A stretch of 64,000 nucleotides of DNA from a bacterium (GTDB taxonomy: Bacteria > J088 > JAWLBW01), in contig JAWLHK010000001.1 of NCBI GenBank assembly GCA_041690355.1, positions 186,001-250,000 on the forward strand, in the 5' to 3' direction. The position numbers were made by a program, and so were the translations under genes. Positions 1 to 9,331 of this stretch are shown here, piece by piece (the first letter of the stretch is position 1; each line of letters starts with the position of its first letter). The notes under the pieces are model-generated. The model saw only the letters and a program-made list of their open reading frames with translations, was not told the origin of the DNA and made no database searches.

Positions 1-1082
1 GAAACGGCCAGAAAAAGCTGAAAGGAGTCTTCGTCCATGAGCCCGTTGGCCACCCCGACTTCGGCGAGGATGAAGGAAAATTCGCCCACCTGGCTCAACC
101 CCAGCCCGACGAGCACCATCGTGCGCAGCGGAAACCCCAGCGCATACGTCGCGAGCGCCCCGATGCTCGCCTTCAGCGCGAGCACCCCGACGGTCAGCCC
201 CGCAACCGTCCAGGGAAAGGCGAGAACGGTACGCACATCCAGGAGCATGCCGATGGAAATGAAGAAGAGGGTCGTAAAGATGTCCTTGAACGGCAGCACA
301 TAGCCGAGCGCCTGGTGGCTGTACTCCGACTCCGAAATGATGATGCCCGCCAGAAAGGCCCCCAGCGCGAGCGACAGACCGGCCACGCTCGACGCCCAGG
401 CGACGGCCAGGCAGATGAACACGACGCTGAGCAGAAAGAGCTCGCGGTCGCGCGTCCGGGCAATGAGATGGAGCACGCGGGGGACGCCGAAGCGCGCGGC
501 AACGATGGTCGCTGTCAGGATGCCCACGCCCGTGGCCAGTTTTGAGAGCGACCCGCCACCCATCTCGGCCCCGGCCAGCACCGGAATGAGCAGCATCATC
601 GGCACGACGGCGAGATCCTGGTAGATGAGGATGGCCAGCGAGGTGCGCCCGTGCGGCGAATCGACCTCGCCCCGGATCTGCAGCATCTTGATCGCAATGG
701 CCGTCGAGCTCAGCGTGAACAGGAACGCGCTGAAGATGCCCTGCGAAAAACTCAGGCCCGCGGCCCAGGCGATGACCAGGGCGAGGAGCACGGTAAAGAG
801 CAGCTGCAGCGAACCGCCCACGAACACCCGCCGGCGGATGAGATTGAGCTGCTCGAGCGAGAACTCGATGCCGAGCGTGAAGAGCAGCAGCACGACGCCG
901 ACTTCGGCCATGACGTGCACTGCGTCGAGTTCCTGCACGAGGCGCAGGCCGTACGGACCGAGCAGCACGCCGGTCGCGAGAAAGCCGACGATGGTCGGGA
1001 TGCGCAGGCGGGTGCAGAGAAAGAGAACGACGACCGAGAGGCCGAAGATCTGGAGAATATCGGCCAGAATGGGGATTTCCAT
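1..1082 (-). CDS. CPA2-family cation:proton (K+/H+) antiporter, KefB/KefC/YbaL-like; 3' end beyond window
   Basis: Hand translation from ATG 1082: MEIPILADILQIFGLSVVVLFLCTRLRIPTIVGFLATGVLLGPYGL...AEVGVVLLLFTLGIEFS...LSSTAIAIK...LIYQDLAVVP; GGAG RBS upstream; missing from the ORF track because it runs off the edge. Confidence 0.9.
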   Translation of the reverse strand, partial: MEIPILADILQIFGLSVVVLFLCTRLRIPTIVGFLATGVLLGPYGLRLVQELDAVHVMAEVGVVLLLFTLGIEFSLEQLNLIRRRVFVGGSLQLLFTVLLALVIAWAAGLSFSQGIFSAFLFTLSSTAIAIKMLQIRGEVDSPHGRTSLAILIYQDLAVVPMMLLIPVLAGAEMGGGSLSKLATGVGILTATIVAARFGVPRVLHLIARTRDRELFLLSVVFICLAVAWASSVAGLSLALGAFLAGIIISESEYSHQALGYVLPFKDIFTTLFFISIGMLLDVRTVLAFPWTVAGLTVGVLALKASIGALATYALGFPLRTMVLVGLGLSQVGEFSFILAEVGVANGLMDEDSFQLFLAV

Positions 1083-1164
1083 GACGCTCCGGAACCAACA
1101 TTATAGTGGTTCGCGCCGCGTCGCAAAAGCGGTTTCGCCCCTCGGCCGCGTGTCTGCAGAGCGC

Positions 1165-2376
1165 TCAGTGGGCCGGAGCGCGGGCCCCGCCCACGTCGGC
1201 GGGCGGGCGGAAGTCGGGCTTGAGCCCCTGCAGCTCCTTCTTGACCGCCGTGGATACCATCCAGTTCCCCAGCACCGCCGTCGCATAGGTCAGACCCGGA
1301 ATGCGGGCCCGCAGGCCTTCGACCGGCCCGAGCGCGACCCGCGTGAGGGGAATGGCGTACTTCCACATCCGGTTCGGAATGCCGAGATCGTCGGCCACGT
1401 CGTCGCCGGCCGTATAACGGGTAAGACCGTCGTGATATCGAACGAGCCACGGGGTGACGATGCGCTCGATGGCGTTGGCGGGACGCTGGAAATTCACGTT
1501 GCGCAGCGCCTGCGCGAGAGCGATGGAGCCTTCGTCGGGGCCGGGCTGAAGCAGATCGATCAGCTCGGCCCAGCTCATGGCTTCGGTCTCGGAGTCAAAG
1601 AGCAGCCCCGGCTCGACGCCGCTCAGGTAGCCGTTGTACTTCCACAGGTGCATGAGCGCGTCGGCCTCTTCCTGCGCGAAGCGAAAACCCATGGCGCGCG
1701 TGCCGTAGAGCATGGCGACCGAGAAAGAGAGGGTCGTGGCCGCCATGTCGGCCTGGTTGATGGGCAGCCCCCATTCGGCCGTCTTCCACTCGGGCGAGCG
1801 CAGCAGAAAACGCCGCACGGTCGCATGCACGAGGCGCACCTTGACGGTGGTCTTGAAGCCGGCATTGAAGCGGCGCAGGCCGTTCACCTGGGTCGCGTCG
1901 ACGATGAACCCCCCCGTTTCGGCGAGGCGGCGCCGCGCCATGGCGTCGAGGCGGCCGGTGAACAGCAGCGGCTTGGTGGCCGCGGCCGAGTGATAGCCGT
2001 TCATGAGCGACAGGGCGCTCAGCACGATGGATCCGGCGATGCCCGTGCGCTGATAGGTGCGCGCGCCGAGGCGCATCCGCTTCCAGTCGACCCATTCGGG
2101 CACATGATCGACCTGGGCGAAAAGTGCGCGCAGTGCCGGGGGCGCGTCGGAAACCCTATCGATCCCGCGTTCGAGCGCCTCGTCGATGACACGGTGCGCG
2201 TCGGCGCGCGAAGGCAGGCCGTGCAGCGCCTCGACCGCCGCATCGGCCAGCGGGTCGCTCTGATTAAGAAAGCGGATGAAGTAGTCGGCCCGCGATCCGT
2301 AAAGCGCGCGCGCTTTTTCGAGATTGCTGACCCGTCCCGGGACCGGGGTGGATTCCTGGGGAAAACCGGCAGTCAT
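1165..2376 (-). CDS. DUF2236 / oxygenase MpaB-Lcp-like protein
   Basis: PEWVDW, RRLAET, VRLVHATVR, WGLPINQADMAAT, HLWKYNGYLSGV motifs. Confidence 0.85.
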   Translation of the reverse strand: MTAGFPQESTPVPGRVSNLEKARALYGSRADYFIRFLNQSDPLADAAVEALHGLPSRADAHRVIDEALERGIDRVSDAPPALRALFAQVDHVPEWVDWKRMRLGARTYQRTGIAGSIVLSALSLMNGYHSAAATKPLLFTGRLDAMARRRLAETGGFIVDATQVNGLRRFNAGFKTTVKVRLVHATVRRFLLRSPEWKTAEWGLPINQADMAATTLSFSVAMLYGTRAMGFRFAQEEADALMHLWKYNGYLSGVEPGLLFDSETEAMSWAELIDLLQPGPDEGSIALAQALRNVNFQRPANAIERIVTPWLVRYHDGLTRYTAGDDVADDLGIPNRMWKYAIPLTRVALGPVEGLRARIPGLTYATAVLGNWMVSTAVKKELQGLKPDFRPPADVGGARAPAH

Positions 2377-3023
2377 GATTTACCTCTCCTGTCGGGGGCA
2401 AGCGTCGCGCTCACGACGGCGATGGCCTGTTTTTTCAGCTGCCGCAGAAGGCGCCGGGCCTCGGCGTCGTCGTCGCGCAGGATCTGAGTGACGGCAAGCC
2501 CGTGCATGACGTGGTAGATGAAGCTGCGAACCGCTTCGAACAGGCGGGCCGAAGGGGCATAGACGCCGAACAGCTCGCGCGCCTTCTCGGCCACGACCTG
2601 TTCGTAACGCCGTACAAGGGGGGCGAGGTGCCCGTACAGCTCGCCGTCGGTGCGGGCCGCGACGGTGAGCTCGAGCATGGCGTAGGACGAGTCGCTCGAA
2701 AAGTTGTCCCACAGCAGGTCGAGCGCCGAGGCGATGCGATCGGGGCCGTCGGGGGTTGCATGCACCGATTGCGTGAACTCGGCGATCCTGCGTTCGGCCA
2801 GGTGCTCGACCGCGGCGACGAGCAGGTCCATGCGCGAGGGGAAGTGGTGAAGCATGGCGCCGCGCGAAAGCCCGGTGCGCTCGATGACCTCGACCGTCGT
2901 CGTGCGGGCGTAGCCGAGCTCGACGAGGCAGGCGATGGTCGCGTCGAGCAGCCGTTCGCGCGTGTGCGCGCTGCGCGAAGCCTGCGTGCGCCCGGTCACC
3001 GCCGTGGGCGTGGATGCCTGCAT
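2373..3023 (-). CDS. TetR-family transcriptional regulator
   Basis: TRERLLDAT...GYARTTTVEV..RTGLSRGAMLHHFPSR HTH; 4-bp overlap with the DUF2236 gene. Confidence 0.92.
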   Translation of the reverse strand: MQASTPTAVTGRTQASRSAHTRERLLDATIACLVELGYARTTTVEVIERTGLSRGAMLHHFPSRMDLLVAAVEHLAERRIAEFTQSVHATPDGPDRIASALDLLWDNFSSDSSYAMLELTVAARTDGELYGHLAPLVRRYEQVVAEKARELFGVYAPSARLFEAVRSFIYHVMHGLAVTQILRDDDAEARRLLRQLKKQAIAVVSATLAPDRRGKS

Positions 3024-3066
3024 GTGTATGGCAGCTCCGGTTCAGAGTTCGGTCTCGTTCAGGCCA

Positions 3067-3105
3067 ATCATACCTCCGAATCGAGATACAGTCAAGTCTG
3101 ACTGT
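3067..3105 (-). promoter_or_regulatory. sigma70 promoter (TTGACT-17-TATGAT) overlapped by palindromic operator ACAGTCA-N4-TGACTGT
   Basis: -35 at 3095-3090, -10 at 3072-3067, inverted repeat 3088-3105 upstream of tetR. Confidence 0.75.
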
Positions 3106-3242
3106 TTTCAGAGGGCATGACCGCGTAGACGCCCGTGCATCCCGTGCGCCCCGGAAAGCCGGCGGCTCGAAATCGGCGCACCGGAAACCGCGCGCCCCAG
3201 CCCGGATGGTATGCTGTGATCTTCCCCCACTCGGAGCGAACC

Positions 3243-3671
3243 ATGACCGCCACGACCGCCACTCCGCGCGACATCCGCCGCCTCATCTTTCTCTACAACG
3301 CCGACTCGGGGCGCCTGAACGCGCTCGTCGACAGCGCCAAGAAGCTCCTGATGATCAACGGCTGCAGTCTGTGCGCCATCACGCACGGCCTTGCCGGCGA
3401 GAAGCGCGAGTGGAAGGAGTGCAAGGAGGAGATCGGGGTTCCGGTCGACTATGTGCACCGCGACGAGGTGACGCCGGCGCTGCGCGACGTGGTGCGCGAG
3501 CGCTATCCCAGCGTGGTGGCCGAGGCCGCCGACGGCAGCCTCGTTCTGCTGCTCGACGCCGAGGTGCTCGATCGCGCCAAGGGTACGGTTGCCGACCTGA
3601 AGGGGCGCCTCAAGACCTACGCCAGCATGAACGGCCTGCGCTTTCCCGACACCGTCGGCATCGGCGCCTGA
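3243..3671 (+). CDS. Conserved hypothetical protein with YNADSG and CxxC motifs
   Basis: LIFLYNADSG...GCSLCAITHG..GEKREWK; GGAG RBS before ATG 3243. Confidence 0.75.
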   Translation: MTATTATPRDIRRLIFLYNADSGRLNALVDSAKKLLMINGCSLCAITHGLAGEKREWKECKEEIGVPVDYVHRDEVTPALRDVVRERYPSVVAEAADGSLVLLLDAEVLDRAKGTVADLKGRLKTYASMNGLRFPDTVGIGA

Positions 3672-3672
3672 A

Positions 3673-3706
3673 GCGAAAGAGGGGGGACCCGAGAGTCCCC
3701 CTTCGC
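3673..3706. terminator. Hairpin between convergent genes
   Basis: GGGGGAC-ccgaga-GTCCCCC stem with GCGAA/TTCGC flanks. Confidence 0.5.
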
Positions 3707-3729
3707 ACTTGGGCTCGAAAACCCGTTTT

Positions 3730-4260
3730 CTACTGCTTCGGAAACGCGACGTGAACGCGGTTGTCGCCGACGAGCTTGACCTGCACCGTCTGGCCATAAA
3801 ACTTGCCCACGGCGCGGATGAGCGCCTGCAGATAATCGAGCAGACCGCGTTCGGAGACGTACGTGATCTCGAGCGCGTCGGGTCCGGCCTCGTGAAACTC
3901 GAAGGACGGCGGCTTGACCTGCCCGCGGGCCGCGCCGCTCACCGTCGCGTGCACCTGGTCCATGCGCAGAAGAAACTCGCGCGCGTTGCCGGACGTCTGA
4001 TAGTGAAACGGAACGGTACGTTTCGTGTGATCGTTGATCCAGAAGTCGGCCAGCGCTTCCCAGACCTGCTTTTTCGGCATCTTCAATTCAGCGGCCAGCG
4101 CATCGACGATCGCCAGGTAGGCGGCGTCTTCGACGTCTTCGAGGGGCATGAAGTTGCGGCTCGGCGGTATGCCGGCCCGCTCCAGAATACGCCCCCAGGC
4201 TTCAGGCGTGTGCATTCTCCTTACATAATCCCGCGCCGCTACGACAAGTGATCCTCGCAT
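3730..4260 (-). CDS. Stand-alone H-NOX (heme NO/O2-binding) protein
   Basis: MRG start, PLEDVED, FLLRMDQVH (proximal His), PPSF, YVSER (YxSxR heme-propionate motif). Confidence 0.9.
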   Translation of the reverse strand: MRGSLVVAARDYVRRMHTPEAWGRILERAGIPPSRNFMPLEDVEDAAYLAIVDALAAELKMPKKQVWEALADFWINDHTKRTVPFHYQTSGNAREFLLRMDQVHATVSGAARGQVKPPSFEFHEAGPDALEITYVSERGLLDYLQALIRAVGKFYGQTVQVKLVGDNRVHVAFPKQ

Positions 4261-4422
4261 GGTCAGACCCTTTCCTGTTCTCGATTCATACAATGAGTGC
4301 AATGGTAACTCGATGACGGACGGCGCTACTGACAGCGAACTCCGTGCCACACCCGGAAAATCGGCGCGCAGAATGACAGGTTTGTCCCGTTCGGTGACAC
4401 AGCGCCCCCTATATGTCTGCAG

Positions 4423-5244
4423 TCATGACCGAGCGGATCGCCCGCCTGGCGGCTCCGTGTAGCGAAGCGCTCCATATTGTCGTTTCAGCCACGCGCTCAG
4501 GCCGTCAAGCCCCGGAAAGAGGACCCGTTCGGTAATATTGGCCTGGTCGAGCTTGTCGCGGATCTCCCCTTTGAGTCCCGCCGGAAAGACCACCTTGCGC
4601 CAGAGGTCAGGCCGGTCGGCCAGCCACGCATCGACGGCCAGCGCCGGGTCGGAGACGACGGAGTTGAGGGCGAACTGGTTGACGATGCGTTCGTCCCAGG
4701 AGGGAGGCTCGAGAAAGAGCAGGTAGGGATCGGAACTCAGTTCCCCCAGCGAGGACAGACGAGGGACGACGGCCTCGAGCATTTCGACCGTGAAAACCTG
4801 GCTCCCCTCGTCGGCCAGCGCCCGGCGAAACCGTTCGGGCAGGGTATCGTGCACGCGCGCGAAGTCGACACACCAGACGGCGCCGTCACACCCCTGGGCC
4901 CGCGGACCCGTGGTGGCGAAATGCAGGGCTACCTGCGGCGAGAAGGTCCAATCGAGCAGCCGGGTCGGCAGACCGTGATGCTGACCGAGCGCCAGCCAGA
5001 ACCAGACCGAATCCTGCTCGGCGCCGGCCCGCCGCGCGTACTTGCGGAAGTTGCGGATGAGATGGCGCTCCATTCCCCGGTAGTCGCCGCCGAGACGGCA
5101 GAGCGAGGTGGTGAGCGCCGACGAGGCGTCGGCCAGCCCCCTGAAGGCGTAGGGAGACCGGAAGCGCCCGAGGTCGGCGCGGTACGCTTGCGCATACAGC
5201 GCCTCCTGCAGCTCCTGCCAGGTATCGACGTAAACCGTGCGCAT
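4423..5244 (-). CDS. FRG-domain protein
   Basis: YAFRG, LGQHHGLPTRLLDWTFSPQVALHFA, RIVNQ, LFPGLDG; ATG 5244 (MRTVYVDTWQEL). Confidence 0.92.
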   Translation of the reverse strand: MRTVYVDTWQELQEALYAQAYRADLGRFRSPYAFRGLADASSALTTSLCRLGGDYRGMERHLIRNFRKYARRAGAEQDSVWFWLALGQHHGLPTRLLDWTFSPQVALHFATTGPRAQGCDGAVWCVDFARVHDTLPERFRRALADEGSQVFTVEMLEAVVPRLSSLGELSSDPYLLFLEPPSWDERIVNQFALNSVVSDPALAVDAWLADRPDLWRKVVFPAGLKGEIRDKLDQANITERVLFPGLDGLSAWLKRQYGALRYTEPPGGRSARS

Positions 5245-5362
5245 AGCTACGAGTCTGCCCGACGCGAGCGTGCGCCGCGACGGTCCGGCCCCGTGCGCCG
5301 GCCGGTCGCCCGGCGGGCCCCGGCGCTTGCCCGCAACGCTCTCATGACCAGACTGAACCCGT

Positions 5363-6001
5363 ATGGCCCAACCCGAGAACGACACCGCGGCCCGGTTTCT
5401 TCCCCTGCACACGACGTGGCCCGCCCTCCGGCGCGCGGCCGCCGGGTGCACCGCGTGCGATCTGTATCGCAACGCGACACGGGCTGTTTTCGGCGAAGGG
5501 TCTCGGCAGGCGCGTCTCATGCTCATCGGCGAGCAGCCGGGTGACGCCGAAGACCGCGTGGGGCACCCTTTTGTCGGCGCATCCGGCATGCTGCTCGACA
5601 AGGCCCTCCGCGAAGCGGGCATCCGCCGTGAAGAGGCCTACGTCACCAATGTCGTGAAGCACTTCAAGTGGACGCCGCGCGGCAAGCGGCGCATTCACAG
5701 CAAGCCCAACGCACGGGAGATCCGTGCGTGCCGGCCCTGGCTCGATGCCGAGCTCGCGCTCGTGAAGCCCGAAGTGCTCGTCTGCCTGGGGGCCACGGCG
5801 GCGCAGGCCCTCCTCGGTTCCGCCTTTCGCGTGAGCCGCGAGCGCGGGCGCTTCGTCGCCTCGCCGCTGGCCCCGCACGTGCTCGCCACCATGCACCCTT
5901 CGTCGGTGTTGCGCAGCCCCGACGAGGCGGCGCGTCATGCGGCCTATGCGCAACTCGTGGCTGATCTGGTTCCCGTCGCCCGGGTACTCGCCCCCGGCTG
6001 A
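5363..6001 (+). CDS. udgX: UdgX-type family-4 uracil-DNA glycosylase/binding protein
   Basis: CxxC, GEQPG, VKHFKW, KRRIH R-loop, IRACRPWL, HPSSVLR. Confidence 0.88.
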   Translation: MAQPENDTAARFLPLHTTWPALRRAAAGCTACDLYRNATRAVFGEGSRQARLMLIGEQPGDAEDRVGHPFVGASGMLLDKALREAGIRREEAYVTNVVKHFKWTPRGKRRIHSKPNAREIRACRPWLDAELALVKPEVLVCLGATAAQALLGSAFRVSRERGRFVASPLAPHVLATMHPSSVLRSPDEAARHAAYAQLVADLVPVARVLAPG

Positions 6002-6094
6002 CCGCACCTTGCTCCTACCCGCGCCCACCGGGTACGCTGTCTCGTGCGGTTGCCGGACGTCGGACGGCCGACCCCCGCAAGCAAGAGACAACGC

Positions 6095-6640
6095 ATGAAC
6101 GACACGCAGTGGCACCGGCCGGGTCCCGACGACTACTTCATGGGCATCGCCATGGCCGTGCGGCGCCGCGCCGACTGCACGGGAAACCGGGTGGGCGCCG
6201 TCATTGTCAAGGACCGGCGCATCGTCTCGACCGGCTACAACGGAACCCCAGAAGGAACGCCCAACTGTTCGGAAGGCGGCTGCCACCGCTGCGCCAACCG
6301 CGACCGTTATCCCTCAGGCACCGGCTACGATCTCTGCATCTGCGTCCATGCAGAACAGAATGCCCTGCTCTCGGCCGCCCGCTTCGGCATCGCCGTCGAG
6401 GGGAGCACGATGTACACGACGATGCGCCCGTGTTTCGGGTGCACCAAGGAGCTGCTGCAGGCCAAGGTGCGCAAGGTCGTCTACCTGCACGACTGGGTGT
6501 ATCCCGATCCCGAGAAGCGCGCGGAGTACGAGCGCCTGCAGGCCTTGTTCCCCGAAGGCGTCTATCGACTCGACGTCGTCGATCCCGATGCTCACCATAC
6601 CGTCGGCGCGCGGCGGGATCTCACCGGAAGCGACGAGTAG
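6095..6640 (+). CDS. dCMP deaminase (ComEB-like zinc deaminase)
   Basis: YFMGIA, VGAVIV, STGYNG, CVHAEQNA, PCFGC. Confidence 0.92.
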   Translation: MNDTQWHRPGPDDYFMGIAMAVRRRADCTGNRVGAVIVKDRRIVSTGYNGTPEGTPNCSEGGCHRCANRDRYPSGTGYDLCICVHAEQNALLSAARFGIAVEGSTMYTTMRPCFGCTKELLQAKVRKVVYLHDWVYPDPEKRAEYERLQALFPEGVYRLDVVDPDAHHTVGARRDLTGSDE

Positions 6641-6668
6641 CGGGCGCGCGATTTGCTTCCGCGAAATG

Positions 6669-6704
6669 AAAAGGGCCGGCTGCATGAATGCAGCCGGCCC
6701 TTTG
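6669..6704. terminator. Bidirectional intrinsic terminator
   Basis: AAAGGGCCGGCTGCA-tgaa-TGCAGCCGGCCCTTT perfect stem between convergent genes. Confidence 0.85.
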
Positions 6705-6726
6705 TGTTCTCGGTTCTCAGGCAGGA

Positions 6727-9243
6727 TTACAGCGGGCAGGCATCCTGCGTCGTCAGATAGAACGGCGTCGTGTTATCGGCGGACGTAAGGATATCGTCGT
6801 CGACGTTGCCGTCTCCCTGCAGAATCGCGCCCGTCGGGAGCGAGACCCCGCCGGCATACGTGTAGTCGACCAGGCGATCCCCCTTCGGACGCGCCGTGCT
6901 CGGATTCGGACCGCCGGGCACCTGGTAGGCGCGGTAGATGCGGGTCGCGTTCCGATCCAGACCGTCCTTGGTATACTGCCACTTGGCCGACGTCTTGCCG
7001 GCCGGGTTGACGACGGTGATTTCGACGTCATAGGCGCCGCCATACACGAAGCCCCAGGTCTCGAGCGTCGTGCCCACGCCGTCCTTGACGACGATGCCCG
7101 TTATGTCGGCGCCCGTGCGGGTGATGGTCAGGTAACCGCCGATGGTGTTGTCGAAGAGGGTCGACCAGTCCAGGTCCATGCCGGCCCCGCTGTAGCTTGT
7201 GACTTCGGCGACGTATCCGTTGCCGTCGAAGGCGAAACGAATCATGGCGCTCAGGTCGTCATCATCCGTTCCCCAGACCTGGTCGGCGCCCCACGTCGCG
7301 TGCGTGCTGTAGCCGATCTGGTTGCCATTGGCGTCGTACTGAACCGAGCGGTATCCGGAAACAACGTCGTCCGCCGTCCCCCAGACGCCGTCAGCGCCAC
7401 GGTTGGCATAGTCGACGGCCGAGGTCACGGCGCCGAGCGGGGTTTCGAGGAAGGGAACGGTAACGATCCCGAAGATCGTCGCGTAATCCCCTTCGAGGTC
7501 GGCGTACGTCGAATGCGTGGTCACCGGATCGGCCGTGTAGCGGAAGCGCGTCACGGTACGGGTCCAGTCATCGCCGCTCGCAACCGTTCCGTCCGTGGCC
7601 GCGTCGAGGTAAGTCACAAGCGTGTCGATGCTGCCGCAGACGTACACCGTGGCCGTGGCCGTCGCCGAGGGGTCCTCCGTGCTCGTGGCGCGGATCGTGT
7701 AGGTACCCGGCTGTGCCGGCGCGACGTACTCGCCCGATGCGTTGATCGAACCGCCGCCGGCTTCAACCACGGTCCAGTTGACAGTGGTGGTCAGCGTGCC
7801 CGTCACGGTCGCCGTGAAGGTGACGGTCTGGCCGTAGAGGGCGCTGGCTTCAGTCGGCGAGACTGAAACGACGATTCCCGATGCTGATGTCACCGTGATG
7901 AACGACGTCCCGACCAGAGTCGCATCGCCGTTCGCCACCGCCTGCACTTCATAAACGCCCGGCGTGCTCGGGGTAACTGGCGGGTAGTACATGCCGCTCG
8001 TGCTGACGGTGCCGGCATCGGGCGCGCCCACGACACTCCACGTGACCGAGGTGTCGGCCAGGCCGAAGACGGCGGCCGACAGCTGCAGCGTATCGAGCGT
8101 TGTCATGGAGGGGAAGGCCGGGGTCACCTGAATCGCGGCCGGGTCGACGGTGATGTTCACCGTGTCGCTCTGTGTCGGATCGGCCTGGCTCGTCGCCGTC
8201 ACGATATATGTGCCAGCCGTCGCCGGTGCCGTGTATACGCCGTCGGCTGTGATCGAGCCGCCGGTGGCGCTCCAGGTGACCGCCGTCACCGGGTTGCCCG
8301 TCACGTTGGCCGTCAGCACAATGCTCTCCCGGACGTAGATCGTCGGGTTGTTCGGGGTGATCAGAACGGTCAACGGCTGCACGGTCACGCTGACCTCGGC
8401 CGACTGGCGCGGATCATCGACGCTGACGGCGCGCACCGTATAGGTTCCCGAGGTCGCCGGGGCCGTGTAGGCACCGCCGGCCGTGATGGAACCGGCGTCG
8501 GCTTCGACGACGCTCCAGTTCACCGACCTGTTCGTCGTACCCGAGACGGTTGCGGTCAGCACAATCGTCTGGTTCGGAGCCACGACCGGAGAAGCCTGGT
8601 CGATCGCAACGGTCACTTGGCGCACCGTTACGGTTGCAGTCGCCGTTTTTGTATTGTCTTCCTGCGACGTGGCCCGCACGTGGAACGTGCCGCCGTTGGC
8701 GGGCGCGGTGTAGGCACCGCCCGTCGTGATGCTGCCGCCGCCCGACTCGACGACCGTCCAGCTGACGGCCGTGTTCGTGGCGTTCGCGACGGTCGCCGTG
8801 AAATTCACGGTCGCACCGGTCACGACCGAGGCCGTATCGGGCGACACCGAGACGGAGATGACCGGCACTTCGGGCGGAAGCACGGTCACGGTCGCCGTCG
8901 CGGTCTTGGTGGTATCGGCATTGGCGGTCGCAACCACATGGAACGTGCCCGCAGCGTCGGGCGCCGTGTAGGTCCCGCCCGCAGTAACGGTGCCGCCATC
9001 CGTTTCCTTCACCGACCAGGTCACGCCCTTGTCGGTGGCTCCTTCGACGGTTGCCGAGAACGTCTGGCTTGCGCCCGTGTTCAGTTCGGCCGTCGCCGGC
9101 GTGATGGTAATGGTGACCTCGGTCGCCGTATCGTCATCCTTGTCATCGTCCGTCGTCGTCGTACGACGCGTGCTCGACGGGTCTTCTGAGCAGCCGGCAA
9201 AGCCGAGGGCCGCCGCCAGCAGAAGATATGCGTAACTTTTCAT
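6727..9243 (-). CDS. Surface lipoprotein with about 6 Ig-like (Big_2-type) repeats and a C-terminal head domain
   Basis: Lipobox FAGC; ~85-aa repeats (FTATV..VxWSVVE.GGG.I...G.YTAP); GADGVWGTADD-type motifs in the head. Confidence 0.85.
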   Translation of the reverse strand: MKSYAYLLLAAALGFAGCSEDPSSTRRTTTTDDDKDDDTATEVTITITPATAELNTGASQTFSATVEGATDKGVTWSVKETDGGTVTAGGTYTAPDAAGTFHVVATANADTTKTATATVTVLPPEVPVISVSVSPDTASVVTGATVNFTATVANATNTAVSWTVVESGGGSITTGGAYTAPANGGTFHVRATSQEDNTKTATATVTVRQVTVAIDQASPVVAPNQTIVLTATVSGTTNRSVNWSVVEADAGSITAGGAYTAPATSGTYTVRAVSVDDPRQSAEVSVTVQPLTVLITPNNPTIYVRESIVLTANVTGNPVTAVTWSATGGSITADGVYTAPATAGTYIVTATSQADPTQSDTVNITVDPAAIQVTPAFPSMTTLDTLQLSAAVFGLADTSVTWSVVGAPDAGTVSTSGMYYPPVTPSTPGVYEVQAVANGDATLVGTSFITVTSASGIVVSVSPTEASALYGQTVTFTATVTGTLTTTVNWTVVEAGGGSINASGEYVAPAQPGTYTIRATSTEDPSATATATVYVCGSIDTLVTYLDAATDGTVASGDDWTRTVTRFRYTADPVTTHSTYADLEGDYATIFGIVTVPFLETPLGAVTSAVDYANRGADGVWGTADDVVSGYRSVQYDANGNQIGYSTHATWGADQVWGTDDDDLSAMIRFAFDGNGYVAEVTSYSGAGMDLDWSTLFDNTIGGYLTITRTGADITGIVVKDGVGTTLETWGFVYGGAYDVEITVVNPAGKTSAKWQYTKDGLDRNATRIYRAYQVPGGPNPSTARPKGDRLVDYTYAGGVSLPTGAILQGDGNVDDDILTSADNTTPFYLTTQDACPL

Positions 9244-9281
9244 GCCAGTCTCCAGTCTTCTACTTCTTTTTATTCTCTAAA

Positions 9282-9318
9282 ACACAAAAGAGGCGGAGAG
9301 GTGTCCCCTCCGCCCCCT
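9282..9318 (-). terminator. Intrinsic terminator between the two Ig-repeat genes
   Basis: Minus strand GGGGCGGAGGGG-acac-CTCTCCGCCTC followed by TTTTGTGTTTT. Confidence 0.65.
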
Positions 9319-9331
9319 GAATCATGTCAGT

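Noticed and set aside
625-2487. 620-aa + strand ORF and similar long ORFs (10016-12850, 13560-15752, 21322-23391, 39981-41888, 56158-58596)
   Set aside because: Antisense shadows of recognisable genes in GC-rich DNA; no motifs of their own.
6095-6640. AvcD-type antiphage dCTP deaminase
   Set aside because: No fused P-loop kinase domain; the size and motifs fit the single-domain ComEB/dCMP deaminase.
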